From Clostridiales bacterium (GTDB lineage Bacteria > Bacillota > Clostridia > Christensenellales > CAG-138): 64,000 nucleotides of DNA. The stretch lies in contig DUPG01000014.1 in the NCBI GenBank assembly GCA_012838425.1, forward strand, positions 1,541 through 65,540. The letters are read 5' to 3'. How positions within the stretch are numbered: position 1 is the first letter of the stretch; each line of letters opens with the position of its first letter. The notes under the pieces were generated by a model. That model had not been told where the DNA came from and did no database searches. It worked only from the letters and a program-made list of their open reading frames with translations. A program made the translations under genes and the position numbers. Of the stretch, positions 18,207 to 28,065 are shown piece by piece.

Positions 18207-19394
18207 TCAGAATCGTTCAGCAATATGATTTATGAGCCAGTGCGCTAAATCGTTCTTCGTCATAAGTCCGCTGTTTATATGCGTACCATCTGCGAAAAAC
18301 AACTCAACCGCATTTGTGTCATACGCAAATCCGCAGCCCTTTTGGGTTACATCGTTTGCGGCTATCATATCAAGATTCTTTGCTTTTAACTTTGCTACTG
18401 CGTTTTTGTGCAGATTCTCCGTTTCTGCGGCAAAGCCTACATGTATGCGCTTGCCCTTATTATCCGCGACTGATTTGAGAATATCCTTGGTCTTTTTCAG
18501 CTTCAATATCAGCTCGTCGCCGCTTTTCTTTATTTTCTGCTCGCTGTAATCCTCAGGCGTAAAGTCTGCAGGTGCCGCGGCGGATATGAACACATCAGCG
18601 TTTATAATATGCTCATGCACCGCTTCATACATATCCTGCGAGGTGAGTATATTTACTGTTTTTATGTTAGAGTCAATCCTTATATCCTGTGTTCTTCCTG
18701 CTATCAATATAACTTCAGCGCCGCGCTTTGCCGCCGCGTTAGCTATGCTAATTCCCATTTTGCCGCTTGAATGGTTGGTTATGTAGCGCACAGGATCAAG
18801 AGGCTCTATTGTCGCCCCCGCTGTAACTAAAAAGCGTTTGCCCTTTAAGTCCTGCTTTGCTTCGAACATGTCATAAAGCGCGTTAACAATGCTTACAGGC
18901 TCGTCCATACGCCCGCGCCCTATGTCGCCGCAAGCTAACTCACCCGATGAAGGCTCAAAAAACTCCGCCCCGAACTCACGCGCCCTTTGCATATTGTATT
19001 GATTCTGCGGAGAATCGTACATCTGCGTGTTCATAGCAGGCGCAAAAACAATTTTCGCGCGCCCGACAGCAGCCAGCAGGGTAGTAGAAAGCATATCGTC
19101 GGCAATACCCGTAGCGAATTTTGCTATAATATTCGCTGTGGCAGGCGCAACTAATACAATGTCTGCCCACTTTGCCAATGAAATATGCTCTACATCATAG
19201 TGCTCTATTTTTGCGAACATATCGCACGCGACAGGATAATTCGACAGCGTTTCAAGAGTTTTTTTAGTAATAAACTCGGCACCGTTTTTTGTGAGTATAA
19301 CCTTCACCTCGGCACCGCGTTTTTTCAGCAGTCGAATTATTTCGGCGGATTTATAAGCGGCTATTGAACCGCTGATGCCCAATACTACATTCAT
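18207..19394 (-). CDS. coaBC: Bifunctional phosphopantothenoylcysteine decarboxylase / phosphopantothenate-cysteine ligase
   Basis: 395 aa. GISGSIAAYK flavoprotein N-domain and ITNHSSGKMG ligase motif. Confidence 0.95.
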   Translation of the reverse strand: MNVVLGISGSIAAYKSAEIIRLLKKRGAEVKVILTKNGAEFITKKTLETLSNYPVACDMFAKIEHYDVEHISLAKWADIVLVAPATANIIAKFATGIADDMLSTTLLAAVGRAKIVFAPAMNTQMYDSPQNQYNMQRAREFGAEFFEPSSGELACGDIGRGRMDEPVSIVNALYDMFEAKQDLKGKRFLVTAGATIEPLDPVRYITNHSSGKMGISIANAAAKRGAEVILIAGRTQDIRIDSNIKTVNILTSQDMYEAVHEHIINADVFISAAAPADFTPEDYSEQKIKKSGDELILKLKKTKDILKSVADNKGKRIHVGFAAETENLHKNAVAKLKAKNLDMIAANDVTQKGCGFAYDTNAVELFFADGTHINSGLMTKNDLAHWLINHIAERF

Positions 19395-19576
19395 TGTGCA
19401 ATGATAATCAGCTCGTCGTTATATACTTCGTTGATGGCTTCAACAAGTGCCTGGTTGTCAGAGCAGTTCTCGTACTCCTCCATTATCTGATGTGCTCTTT
19501 TCGCAACAACAGATACAAGCAGATACCTGTTTCCTACCTTTTCCTCCAATTCGTTTACAGGTGGTCTATACATCAT
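19391..19576 (-). CDS. rpoZ: DNA-directed RNA polymerase subunit omega
   Basis: MMYRPPVNELEEKVGNRYLLVSVVAKRAHQI. AAGGAG lies 8 nt upstream of the ATG at 19576. The longer track ORF would overlap gmk. Confidence 0.85.
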   Translation of the reverse strand: MMYRPPVNELEEKVGNRYLLVSVVAKRAHQIMEEYENCSDNQALVEAINEVYNDELIIIAQ

Positions 19577-19589
19577 ATACATCACTCCT

Positions 19590-20240
19590 TTATATGTCTT
19601 TGCAGTCTTGCTTAGCTTCTTCAACGAAGAAGTCGATGGTGGCTTTATTTCGCTTAACGCGCATAAGCTCGGCATGCACTATCTGCATAATCTCGCTCGC
19701 AGCCTCTCGTATGTCGTCGTTAATCACGATGTAATCATAATTATACGCCTGAGTTACTTCATAGCAAGCGGTTTTATAGCGCGCTTGTATCTTTTCCTCC
19801 GTTTCGGTGTTCCTGCCGCGCAAACGCGATATAAGCGTGTGCATTGACGGCGGTGCTAAGAATATGAACACCGCTTCGGGATACTTTTGCTTAACCTTGC
19901 TTGCCCCCTGCACCTCAATTTCAATTATTGCCGCATTCCCCGCAGAAATCCAATTAAGCACTTCTTCCTTGGGCGAACCGTAATAATTGCCGTTGTACTC
20001 AGCAAATTCGAAAAACTCGTCGTTCTCTATCATTTTTTCGAATTCGGCCCTTGTTTTGAAATGATAGTTCACTCCGTCAACCTCGCCGGGGCGGGGCTGG
20101 CGCGTGGTTGCCGAAATGCCAAGCATTATGTTTGAATCCATCTTGGCTACTACATTCAATACGGTGTTCTTGCCTACTCCCGATGGTCCTGAAAGCACTA
20201 CAAGCACACCCTCACGCTTTGCAACGGGGATTGTGTCCAT
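19590..20240 (-). CDS. gmk: Guanylate kinase
   Basis: LSGPSGVGKNT P-loop, TTRQPRPGEVDGVNYHF. Confidence 0.95.
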   Translation of the reverse strand: MDTIPVAKREGVLVVLSGPSGVGKNTVLNVVAKMDSNIMLGISATTRQPRPGEVDGVNYHFKTRAEFEKMIENDEFFEFAEYNGNYYGSPKEEVLNWISAGNAAIIEIEVQGASKVKQKYPEAVFIFLAPPSMHTLISRLRGRNTETEEKIQARYKTACYEVTQAYNYDYIVINDDIREAASEIMQIVHAELMRVKRNKATIDFFVEEAKQDCKDI

Positions 20241-20512
20241 TATGCGTTCTCCTTATCTTTGTTAGGATTGCCGTCATTCTCAATTCGCGCGACTATGGTT
20301 TCGGGCATGAGCGCCGATAGCACAATAAGCCCTCCGTCCATAACCAATACTGCACGCGTGCGTCTGCCCTCTGTGGCGTCAACAAGCTTGCCGTTGTTGC
20401 GCGCGTCGTTAATAATTCTGCGCGTAGGATTAGAATCCGGATTCACTATGGCTATTATCTTTTCGGTTAAAACCGCATTATTAAAGCCAATATGCACAGT
20501 CTTATTATTCAA
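20240..20512 (-). CDS. remA: RemA/DUF370 family regulator
   Basis: IGFNNAVLTEKIIAIVNPDSNPTRRIINDARNNGKLVDATEGRRTRAVLVMDGGLIVLSALMPETI. A TTG start at 20512 gives 90 aa and overlaps the yicC stop (TTGAATAA). Confidence 0.85.
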   Translation of the reverse strand: MNNKTVHIGFNNAVLTEKIIAIVNPDSNPTRRIINDARNNGKLVDATEGRRTRAVLVMDGGLIVLSALMPETIVARIENDGNPNKDKENA

Positions 20513-21386
20513 TGTTCTGCACCTGTTCGCGGATTTTCTCAACCTCTGCCTTTGCTGTAATTACCATCTTCGCTAATTCCGAGTCGTTTGCCTTTGAGCC
20601 TATGGTGTTGAATTCTCGTGTCAGCTCCTGTGTTAAGAAGTCCATGCTTCTTCCTACGGGAAGCGTAGAGTTTAGCATTGCATTGAACTCGTTTAGATGC
20701 GATTTTATGCGTACAAGCTCCTCATCAATGCTTACTCTGTCGGCAAACAGGGCAATTTCTGTCGCTATGCGTGCCTTATCAATATCTACCTCGTTCAGCC
20801 ATGCACTAATGCGCTCGTGCAGCCTTTGACTGTATTGCGCTACAACCATAGGCGCCCTTTCCTGCATTTGCTTGTGTAAAAGCTCTAAGTATTTTAACTT
20901 GCCTATAATGTCCTCATAAATGTTGTTGCCCTCGCGCACGCGCATAGCTGCTAATTCGGAAAGCGCCTGCGAGACTGCGCTTAACGCAAGCTTCTTCACT
21001 TCTTCTTCATCGTCCTGTGAATCCGCTATATTTACAACATCAGGAAAGCGCAGGAGTGTAGTAACAGTCAGGTCATTCTCAACATTGAACTGCTGTGCGA
21101 CAGAGTTTCCTGCTTCTATGTATTGTGCTATCAGCGAGCTGTCAAGAGTTATGCTTTTTGCGTCCTCACGCGTGTTCATGTATGAAAGGTTGATATCTAA
21201 ATGCCCGCGTGAAAGCTTAGCTGATATTGCGGTTCTCAGCGTTTCTTCTAAATAGTTCAGCGAACGGGGCAGCCTGAAATTCAAGTCAAGATATTTATGG
21301 TTTACGCTTTTTAACTCTATGGTTATGCTTCTCCCGTCTGAACTCGCAGAACCCCTGCCGAATCCGGTCATTGAATTTATCATCAC
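20505..21386 (-). CDS. yicC: YicC-family stress-induced protein
   Basis: MTGFGRG... N-terminus and C-terminal REFNTIGSKAND..EVEKIREQVQNIE. Confidence 0.9.
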   Translation of the reverse strand: MMINSMTGFGRGSASSDGRSITIELKSVNHKYLDLNFRLPRSLNYLEETLRTAISAKLSRGHLDINLSYMNTREDAKSITLDSSLIAQYIEAGNSVAQQFNVENDLTVTTLLRFPDVVNIADSQDDEEEVKKLALSAVSQALSELAAMRVREGNNIYEDIIGKLKYLELLHKQMQERAPMVVAQYSQRLHERISAWLNEVDIDKARIATEIALFADRVSIDEELVRIKSHLNEFNAMLNSTLPVGRSMDFLTQELTREFNTIGSKANDSELAKMVITAKAEVEKIREQVQNIE

Positions 21387-21465
21387 TTCCTCCTGCGCAC
21401 ATTTATCCTTATTCTATTATACCATGAAATGCCTTACAGCACAAGTGAGGGAAAATAAGGAAAAG

Positions 21466-22839
21466 TTATTTTGTGGAATCTGTATGAATGGGCTTTTTCG
21501 TGAAGTGAATTTTAGGTGTGCGATTGGCTTTCTTCTCTTTTTTCTCTTTCGAAGCGAATGAGAAGCATATAGCATTGCTCGGGCAAGCCGCTTTGCAGTC
21601 GCCGCAGCGTATACATTCGGGCGCATTAGGCGTTTTTGTAATGTCAACACCCATTTTGCAAACAGAAGCGCATCTTTTGCAATGCGTGCAGGCGTTTTCG
21701 TTTACGTAAGCCCTGTATAGCGAAGCCTTGTTCAACAGAGAGTAGATAGCGCCCAGCGGGCAAATATACTTGCAGAAGGGTCTGTAAATGATAATCGAAG
21801 CTATTATAATAACAGCCAATATGCTCAGCTTCAAAATTGTGAATCCGCCGGCGGCGCTTCTTAGCCCCTCGTTCACGCTGAGCAGAGGAATTCCCCCAAA
21901 AAGCATGCCCGATGGGCAGATAAGCTTGCAGAACCACGGGAACGCGTTTGTAATAAACAGCGGCATAGCGAACACGAACACAACCAATACGGCGTATTTC
22001 AGATAGCGTAATGCCTTGTCGCCCTTAAATGTGTTTATTTTAAGTTTGCCGGCAGGTATTTTGTGAAGAAGCTCCTGCGCCCAGCCGAATGGACACAAAA
22101 AGCCGCAAACAAGCCTGCCGCATATTGCGCCGAAAAGCATTACAGCTCCCACAGCATAAAACGGGAAGTAGTTGGTTGGTTTATTGCCGCTTCTTTGCGT
22201 CAGCGCCGCCTGCATTGCGCCTATGGGGCAAGCGCCCAAAGCTCCGGGGCATGAATAGCAGTTAAGCCCGGGCAGGCATAATTGCTTTAATTTGCCCTGG
22301 TATATACCACCCTTTATGAAGCCTATTACATAGCTGTTAGTTAATACTGTCCATAGCGTTTGAATGGATATTCGTTTGCGCGTTTGAAGCCTCAGCCTGC
22401 TCCCGCCGCGCCCATATGTAAGCAGGAACACAAGCAGTGCAGTCAGCAGAACGAAAAATGCTCCGAAAGCCAAAGCGCTATTGTAGAAAAAGTCGCATAT
22501 ACTGCCCAATACTACTATGTAGCTTGTAGCAACACCTATGATTTTAGCATTGCCGGGAACATAGGAGTATTCCGCAAGCCTTATGCTGTTTGAGTGCTCA
22601 TAAGCCACTATGGAATTTGCCTTTGCTTCGCCTGATTTTATGAATACCAAGCTCCCATTCGGCAGGTTGCATTCGTCTATATCGTTTTTTACTAAGAATG
22701 TAGCTCCGAAAGCTCGAAAGGATTTATCAGTTTGCGCTTTTGCAAAAATACAGCAAAAAATAAACAGGACTAACAAGAGCCCGAATACCACGCTCAATAT
22801 AGTCCTGATTATACTAATGCTTTTTGCGTTCTCAGCCAA
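21466..22839 (-). CDS. Membrane polyferredoxin (NapH/MauN-like 4Fe-4S binding protein) with an extra ~130-aa N-terminal domain
   Basis: CLPGLNCYSCPGALGACPIGAMQ, multiple TM helices, CKYICPLGA. C-terminal 2x[4Fe-4S] region CTHCKRCASVC...CIRCGDCKAACP. Confidence 0.7.
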   Translation of the reverse strand: MAENAKSISIIRTILSVVFGLLLVLFIFCCIFAKAQTDKSFRAFGATFLVKNDIDECNLPNGSLVFIKSGEAKANSIVAYEHSNSIRLAEYSYVPGNAKIIGVATSYIVVLGSICDFFYNSALAFGAFFVLLTALLVFLLTYGRGGSRLRLQTRKRISIQTLWTVLTNSYVIGFIKGGIYQGKLKQLCLPGLNCYSCPGALGACPIGAMQAALTQRSGNKPTNYFPFYAVGAVMLFGAICGRLVCGFLCPFGWAQELLHKIPAGKLKINTFKGDKALRYLKYAVLVVFVFAMPLFITNAFPWFCKLICPSGMLFGGIPLLSVNEGLRSAAGGFTILKLSILAVIIIASIIIYRPFCKYICPLGAIYSLLNKASLYRAYVNENACTHCKRCASVCKMGVDITKTPNAPECIRCGDCKAACPSNAICFSFASKEKKEKKANRTPKIHFTKKPIHTDSTK

Positions 22840-22981
22840 TTCCTATACACTCCAAGCAAATCATTACGGCCTTTTTCAGAACGACAGCTACCTCATTTCT
22901 GAATATGCCTATCGCTATGAAGGCTACGCTTACTAAAAGCACTATTATTGGCAGGAGAATGCGCCTACGCTTCATTTTTCT

Positions 22982-23593
22982 TTATCCTTCCAGCAGGTTG
23001 TCAATTATTTCAGACCATTCCTGATAGCTCTTAGCACCCGATACTACCGTAACAACAATACCGTCGCTGTTCACAAAAAGTGTTGTGGGAATGCTGTAAA
23101 TATTGTATTTTTCAACGATTGTCCTGTGTACAGTTTCATTCAGCTTAATGTTTCTGTACTGCGCGTTGTTGCTGGATAATAACTGCTTCGCTTCTTCTAC
23201 CGCGCCGCTGTCGTCTGAATCCAACAGAATTCCTATCAGCGTAACGCCCTTGCTCTCAAAATCTCTTGCAATGTTGCCAAGCTCATCTAACTCACCTATG
23301 CAGGGGCCGCACCAAGTCGCCCAAACATTTATCATTGTGAGCTTATGCTGTGCGAAATCGGTTGAGGAATATGTTTCGCCGTCTAACTGCTCTGCGCTGA
23401 AGGGCGGCAGGTAGTTTTCGTTTTGTGAGGGGTCGAATGTGGGTTCTGGGGTATTAGCTCCCTGTGTAGGCATAATAGTAGCTGTTTCCTGCGGCGTCTC
23501 CGTTGGAGTGGGGATCACAACAGTGCATGCCGAGGATAAAAGCATCAGAAATATGAAAGCTAATACGAATAACTTCTTTAATGTGTTTTTCAT
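22982..23593 (-). CDS. TlpA/ResA-like thiol-disulfide oxidoreductase lipoprotein
   Basis: Lipobox LLSSAC, Pro/Thr-rich linker, thioredoxin motif WATWCGPC. Confidence 0.85.
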   Translation of the reverse strand: MKNTLKKLFVLAFIFLMLLSSACTVVIPTPTETPQETATIMPTQGANTPEPTFDPSQNENYLPPFSAEQLDGETYSSTDFAQHKLTMINVWATWCGPCIGELDELGNIARDFESKGVTLIGILLDSDDSGAVEEAKQLLSSNNAQYRNIKLNETVHRTIVEKYNIYSIPTTLFVNSDGIVVTVVSGAKSYQEWSEIIDNLLEG

Positions 23594-23738
23594 ATATTAC
23601 CTCTATCAATTTTTTTCAAGTATAACACAGCAGAAAATCAAATACAAAGGATTTCATGCTGTAAATTATGACATATTATTCGTGAGTTGCAGTATTCATA
23701 ACTGTTTTTCAGTTATTTTCCGAACATTTTGGCATACC

Positions 23739-23767
23739 TTGAACACTTTTTCTAATGTGGGTATAAT
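23739..23767 (+). promoter_or_regulatory. sigma-A type promoter for mscS
   Basis: TTGAAC (23739-23744), 17 nt spacer, TATAAT (23762-23767). Confidence 0.55.
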
Positions 23768-23795
23768 ATCACTATATAGAATAGGAGATCGGAAT

Positions 23796-24608
23796 ATGGA
23801 AAAGATTTTAGATGTAATACGCGAATACGCGGTATCCTCGGGGTTAAAGCTATTGTTCGCGCTCATTTTGATTGTAGTAGGCTTTGCGGTTGTGAACAGG
23901 CTGTCAAGGTTTATGAAGCGCGGCAAGACATTGAAGGGAATAGACTTAGGTGCGCAGACCTTCATAGCAAGCTTTGTATCAATAGCGCTGAAGGTCGTAA
24001 TTATTTTGACTGCGCTGGGCATATTAGGCGTTCCGATGTCGAATATGGTTGCCATATTGGGCTCGGCAGGGCTTGCTTTGGGCTTGGCGCTGCAGGGCAG
24101 CCTGTCAAACTTCGCCGGCGGCTTAATGATATTGATATTCAAGCCCTTCAAGGTAGGCGACCATGTAGAAACCAAGGAGGGTACAGGCATTGTTGAGAAG
24201 ATAACCACTCTATATACCTACATAAAAACATTCGACAACCTTTCAATAATAGTACCCAACGGCACGCTTTCAAACTCAGCCATAGTGAATTACAGCACTG
24301 AACCCACAAGGCGCGTGGACATCAGTCTGCGCGTATCGTATACAAGCGATATGACTAAAATTCGCAACACGCTTCTTAGAATCGCGGCGGACAACCCTCT
24401 CGTATTGCGTGAGCCTGCACCGCAGGTGTATGTATTAGGCTTCGACGAGGGTACGGTAAATGTAGCTTTGCGTGCGTGGGCGAAAACAGAGGAGTATTTT
24501 TCGGCGTTTTCAGTATTGACAGACGCGATTAAGAACGAGCTTGCGGATATTGACATACCCAAGCCGCAAATTGAGGTAAACATAAAGGAATCAAGAGGTA
24601 ATAATTGA
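23796..24608 (+). CDS. mscS: Small-conductance mechanosensitive channel (MscS family)
   Basis: Internal ATG at 23796 (MEKILDVIREY...) preceded by AGGAGA. Three TM helices followed by FKPFKVGDHVE beta-domain. The upstream 119 codons of the track ORF are antisense to the tlpA-like gene. Confidence 0.85.
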   Translation: MEKILDVIREYAVSSGLKLLFALILIVVGFAVVNRLSRFMKRGKTLKGIDLGAQTFIASFVSIALKVVIILTALGILGVPMSNMVAILGSAGLALGLALQGSLSNFAGGLMILIFKPFKVGDHVETKEGTGIVEKITTLYTYIKTFDNLSIIVPNGTLSNSAIVNYSTEPTRRVDISLRVSYTSDMTKIRNTLLRIAADNPLVLREPAPQVYVLGFDEGTVNVALRAWAKTEEYFSAFSVLTDAIKNELADIDIPKPQIEVNIKESRGNN

Positions 24609-25936
24609 GAACCATTTACGCATTGGCAACACCGTTGGGAGGGGCGCTTGCTATTATAAGGATTTCCGGCGATAAGACAAAGGAGGTCCTAAGTCGTATT
24701 TTTACAGGGAGGATAGAGCACTCACGCATTTCATACGGTACGATAGTTTCGGGCGATACGGTGCTTGATGCCTGCATGGCTGCGTATTTTGAGTCGCCCA
24801 AAAGCTTTACGGGCGAGGATATGGCAGAGCTGTATATACACGCGAGCAGAGCGGTTGTCAATTCTATATTTGAGCTGTTGAGCGCAAATGGGTTAGAGCC
24901 TGCCTGCGCGGGTGAATTCTCAAAACGCGCATTCGTGAACGGCAAAATGGACTTGGCACAGGCGGAAGCGGTAATGGACCTGCTGAATTCATCTGCAAAA
25001 CGCGCTTCTGCTTCTGCGCTTATGCAGTTGTCGGGCGCGCTTTCAAATGAGATTTCGGATATAGAAGACGCTTTGGTGAGCTTATCCGCGGAAATCTGCG
25101 CCGCAATAGATTATCCCGACGAGCTGGAGGACAGCCTGCCCGACATCTCTCATCAGCTTGCTGAAATAAACAAGCGCATAGAAACGCTTATAGATCAGGG
25201 CTTGCGCTCACGCCATATACGCGAGGGCTGCCATATTACAATAGTTGGCAAGCCGAATGTGGGCAAATCCTCATTGTTGAACGCTATTACATTAGAGGAT
25301 AGAGCCATAGTAACACAAGTCGCAGGCACAACGCGAGATGTTATAGAGGCATATGCGGATTTCTGCGGGCTGTCTGTTGTGCTTTATGATACCGCAGGTC
25401 TGCGCGATTCAGACAACGAAGTTGAGTCGATAGGCATTGAGCGTGCAAGGCAGATGTGCGAAAAGTCGAATATGCTTTTTATAGCGCTTGACTGTTCAAG
25501 CCCATTGACATATGAGGATATTGAAGTGCTCTCCGATGTTGAAAAATACGAAGCGCAAAAAGCAGTAATAGCCACAAAGTGCGATTTAGTGGACAGCGTC
25601 AAGCGCGAGGAGTTCATAAGCGCTATTCGAAAATACAATGATTATCCGATATTCTTTGTAAGCTCAAAAACAAACGAGGGCATAAATGAGCTAAAAAAAC
25701 AGGTCGCCGAGCTTATCGCACCCTCTGAGGAAAGCGGAATTATTACGAATATGCGCCACATAGAAGCCTTGCAAAAGGCGCGCTGCGCGTTAAGCAGCGC
25801 AGTGAGCTCAATAGAATACGACTGCATGACCACAGATATTGCCGACGCCCTGCGTGCATTGGGCGAGATTACGGGCAGCACGGTGGAGCCTAACATTGTG
25901 GATAGGATATTCGAGCGTTTCTGTGTAGGCAAGTAG
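24605..25936 (+). CDS. mnmE: tRNA modification GTPase MnmE
   Basis: TIYALATPLGGALAIIRISG, GKPNVGKSSLLN, C-terminal FCVGK. TTG start overlaps the mscS stop codon. Confidence 0.95.
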   Translation: MRTIYALATPLGGALAIIRISGDKTKEVLSRIFTGRIEHSRISYGTIVSGDTVLDACMAAYFESPKSFTGEDMAELYIHASRAVVNSIFELLSANGLEPACAGEFSKRAFVNGKMDLAQAEAVMDLLNSSAKRASASALMQLSGALSNEISDIEDALVSLSAEICAAIDYPDELEDSLPDISHQLAEINKRIETLIDQGLRSRHIREGCHITIVGKPNVGKSSLLNAITLEDRAIVTQVAGTTRDVIEAYADFCGLSVVLYDTAGLRDSDNEVESIGIERARQMCEKSNMLFIALDCSSPLTYEDIEVLSDVEKYEAQKAVIATKCDLVDSVKREEFISAIRKYNDYPIFFVSSKTNEGINELKKQVAELIAPSEESGIITNMRHIEALQKARCALSSAVSSIEYDCMTTDIADALRALGEITGSTVEPNIVDRIFERFCVGK

Positions 25937-26059
25937 CATTTTCTTGGAATATTGACGAATAAGCATTTCATAAAGCAGAATTTATCACATTTCAGCACAG
26001 CCAAATAATAGTTTGTTAGTAGCTGCGAGCGCGAAGAATAATAACCACGGGGAATAGCC

Positions 26060-27148
26060 ATGAAGCGGTTTACTAACATAATCGATTATGCGGAGAATGA
26101 GAAGCGGAGCTTTTTAGAGCTTCCGTTTACGCCTGTGGATTCGTTGATACTTTCACAGCTATCGTATGTCAGCTTAGATGAAATATTCGCGAGTCAGGCA
26201 CAGATAAGAATATTCGACCTTTTGAAAGCTGAGTATTTTGATAAAATGCTGTACTTCACCGTTTCGCCAAACAGCACAAAGCGGCTGCTGTATGCGCTTT
26301 GCGCAAGCCCCCGTTTCCGCAATATCATCATAAGCAATTATGTAAATGAAGTAAGCCTAAGCGCAATAAAGCAGTTTTGCGCCATGACATATCTATTAGA
26401 TGATGGCACCGCATATATAGCGTACAGGGGTACAGACGGCTCAATAATAGGCTGGAAGGAGGATTTTCTGCTGTGCTTTGGCAATCCCATTCCCTCACAG
26501 CTTGCCGGCATAGACTATTTAGAAGGGGTCGCAAGCGCGTGCCCGAATATTAAGCTGCGCGTGGGCGGTCATTCAAAGGGTGGCAATATAGCGGTATATT
26601 CGGCGTCTAACTGTTCACCAAGCACAGCGCAACGAATTATTAACCTGTATTCGCATGATGCGCCGGGCTTTTCAACAGAATTCTATGAAAGCGCAGGCTA
26701 TTTGCGCATAAAGAATGTATTTCACAACACATTGCCGCAATCCTCTGTAATAGGCATGATATTGGGCTGTCAGGATAATTACAGGGTAATCGCGAGCAGC
26801 AGAAAATGGTTTATGCAGCATGACCCGTTTTCGTGGCGCGTAAATGGCACCGACTTCGTATATGCAGATAAGCTATCAAAGAGTGCGTATTATACGCGCA
26901 AGACATTCAACAACTGGCTGAACAAGATGTCATATGAGGAGCGCGAGGCTTTTATTGAAACGCTTTTTAATGTATGCAGGGCAACTGAATTCGATAATGT
27001 GTATGATTTTATAAGAGATTGGAAAGCGAAAACACACAGCCTGCTAAAGCAATTTAAGTGCTTGTCCCCGGAGAGAAAAAAGACTGTGAAAAGGGTTTTA
27101 GGCAGCTTCGCGGCGCAGGCGGTAAAGAGCCTGCCGAATTTTAAGTAA
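26060..27148 (+). CDS. DUF2974 / Mbeg1-like alpha/beta-hydrolase (lipase-like) protein
   Basis: VGGHSKGGNIAVYSA nucleophile-elbow motif. AYRGTDGSIIGWKEDF. Confidence 0.65.
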   Translation: MKRFTNIIDYAENEKRSFLELPFTPVDSLILSQLSYVSLDEIFASQAQIRIFDLLKAEYFDKMLYFTVSPNSTKRLLYALCASPRFRNIIISNYVNEVSLSAIKQFCAMTYLLDDGTAYIAYRGTDGSIIGWKEDFLLCFGNPIPSQLAGIDYLEGVASACPNIKLRVGGHSKGGNIAVYSASNCSPSTAQRIINLYSHDAPGFSTEFYESAGYLRIKNVFHNTLPQSSVIGMILGCQDNYRVIASSRKWFMQHDPFSWRVNGTDFVYADKLSKSAYYTRKTFNNWLNKMSYEEREAFIETLFNVCRATEFDNVYDFIRDWKAKTHSLLKQFKCLSPERKKTVKRVLGSFAAQAVKSLPNFK

Positions 27149-27219
27149 AATTTTATTAGTCTTTACTTTTTTGTGAGTAAGTATTATACTCTCAATGGAC
27201 TACACAGCGGAGGGTTAAA

Positions 27220-28065
27220 ATGTATAAAATTACGAAAAAGGAAAGGCTCAACGAATCTGTAACACTAATGGATGTCTATGCACCTCATGTAGCAAGGAAG
27301 GCCGAACCGGGTCAGTTTATTATCCTGAGAGTTGACGAGGAAGGCGAGAGAATCCCCCTAACAGTAGCGGATTATTCACGCGAACAAGGAACTGTGAGGA
27401 TAATATTCCAGGTAGTAGGCGCGACCACAAAGCAATTAGATATGCTCAACGAGGGCGATTTCATACACGACTTTGTAGGTCCCTTGGGTAAGCCTTCCGA
27501 ATTAGACGGCTTGAAGAGGGTTGCAGTTGTCAGCGGCGGTGTTGGCGGCGCTATAGCGTTCCCCGTTGCAAAAAAGCTGCACGAATTGGGTGCTGTGGTA
27601 CATTCTATTATAGGATTCAGAAGCAAGGATTTAGTAATTTTAGAGAATGAGTTCAGAGAAGTCAGCGACAAGCTAATAATAATGACCGACGACGGCTCAT
27701 ACGGTGAAAAGGGTCTTGTAACAGACGCTTTGCGCAAGCTGCTTGAAACAGAAAAGTATGACGAAGTAATAACAATAGGCCCCTTAATCATGATGAAGTT
27801 CGTATGCAGGCTTACTAAGGAGTTCGGCATTAAAACCACAGTAAGCATGAACCCGATTATGATTGACGGAACAGGCATGTGCGGCTGCTGCAGAGTTACG
27901 GTAGGCGGCGAAACTAAGTTCGCTTGCGTTGACGGTCCCGACTTTGACGGACATCTGATTGATTTTGACGAGGCGATTGCAAGAACCTCCATATATAGAG
28001 AAGAAGAGAGAAAGGCGTATGATGATGCCTGCAATCTCTTTAAGAAAGGAGCACAAAATGGCTAA
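27220..28065 (+). CDS. nfnA: NADH-dependent reduced ferredoxin:NADP+ oxidoreductase subunit A (FAD/NAD-binding, [2Fe-2S])
   Basis: 281 aa. PGQFIILRV, GGVGGAIAFP, C-terminal CGCCRV...CVDGP cluster. Confidence 0.8.
   Translation: MYKITKKERLNESVTLMDVYAPHVARKAEPGQFIILRVDEEGERIPLTVADYSREQGTVRIIFQVVGATTKQLDMLNEGDFIHDFVGPLGKPSELDGLKRVAVVSGGVGGAIAFPVAKKLHELGAVVHSIIGFRSKDLVILENEFREVSDKLIIMTDDGSYGEKGLVTDALRKLLETEKYDEVITIGPLIMMKFVCRLTKEFGIKTTVSMNPIMIDGTGMCGCCRVTVGGETKFACVDGPDFDGHLIDFDEAIARTSIYREEERKAYDDACNLFKKGAQNG

Noticed and set aside
21417-21650. 77-aa ORF overlapping the 3' end of the polyferredoxin gene
   Set aside because: It is out of frame inside and adjacent to a supported CDS, its basic low-complexity sequence comes from the Lys-rich tail region, and it has no RBS.
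23439-23795. N-terminal 119 codons of the 389-aa track ORF
   Set aside because: This stretch overlaps the tlpA-like gene in antisense. A consensus promoter (23739-23767) and an RBS define the real mscS start at 23796.
27959-28057. Upstream extension of the nfnB ORF overlapping nfnA by 107 nt
   Set aside because: An AAGGAG RBS and the ATG at 28058 give the conserved N-terminus. The extension is just the open frame within the nfnA 3' end.
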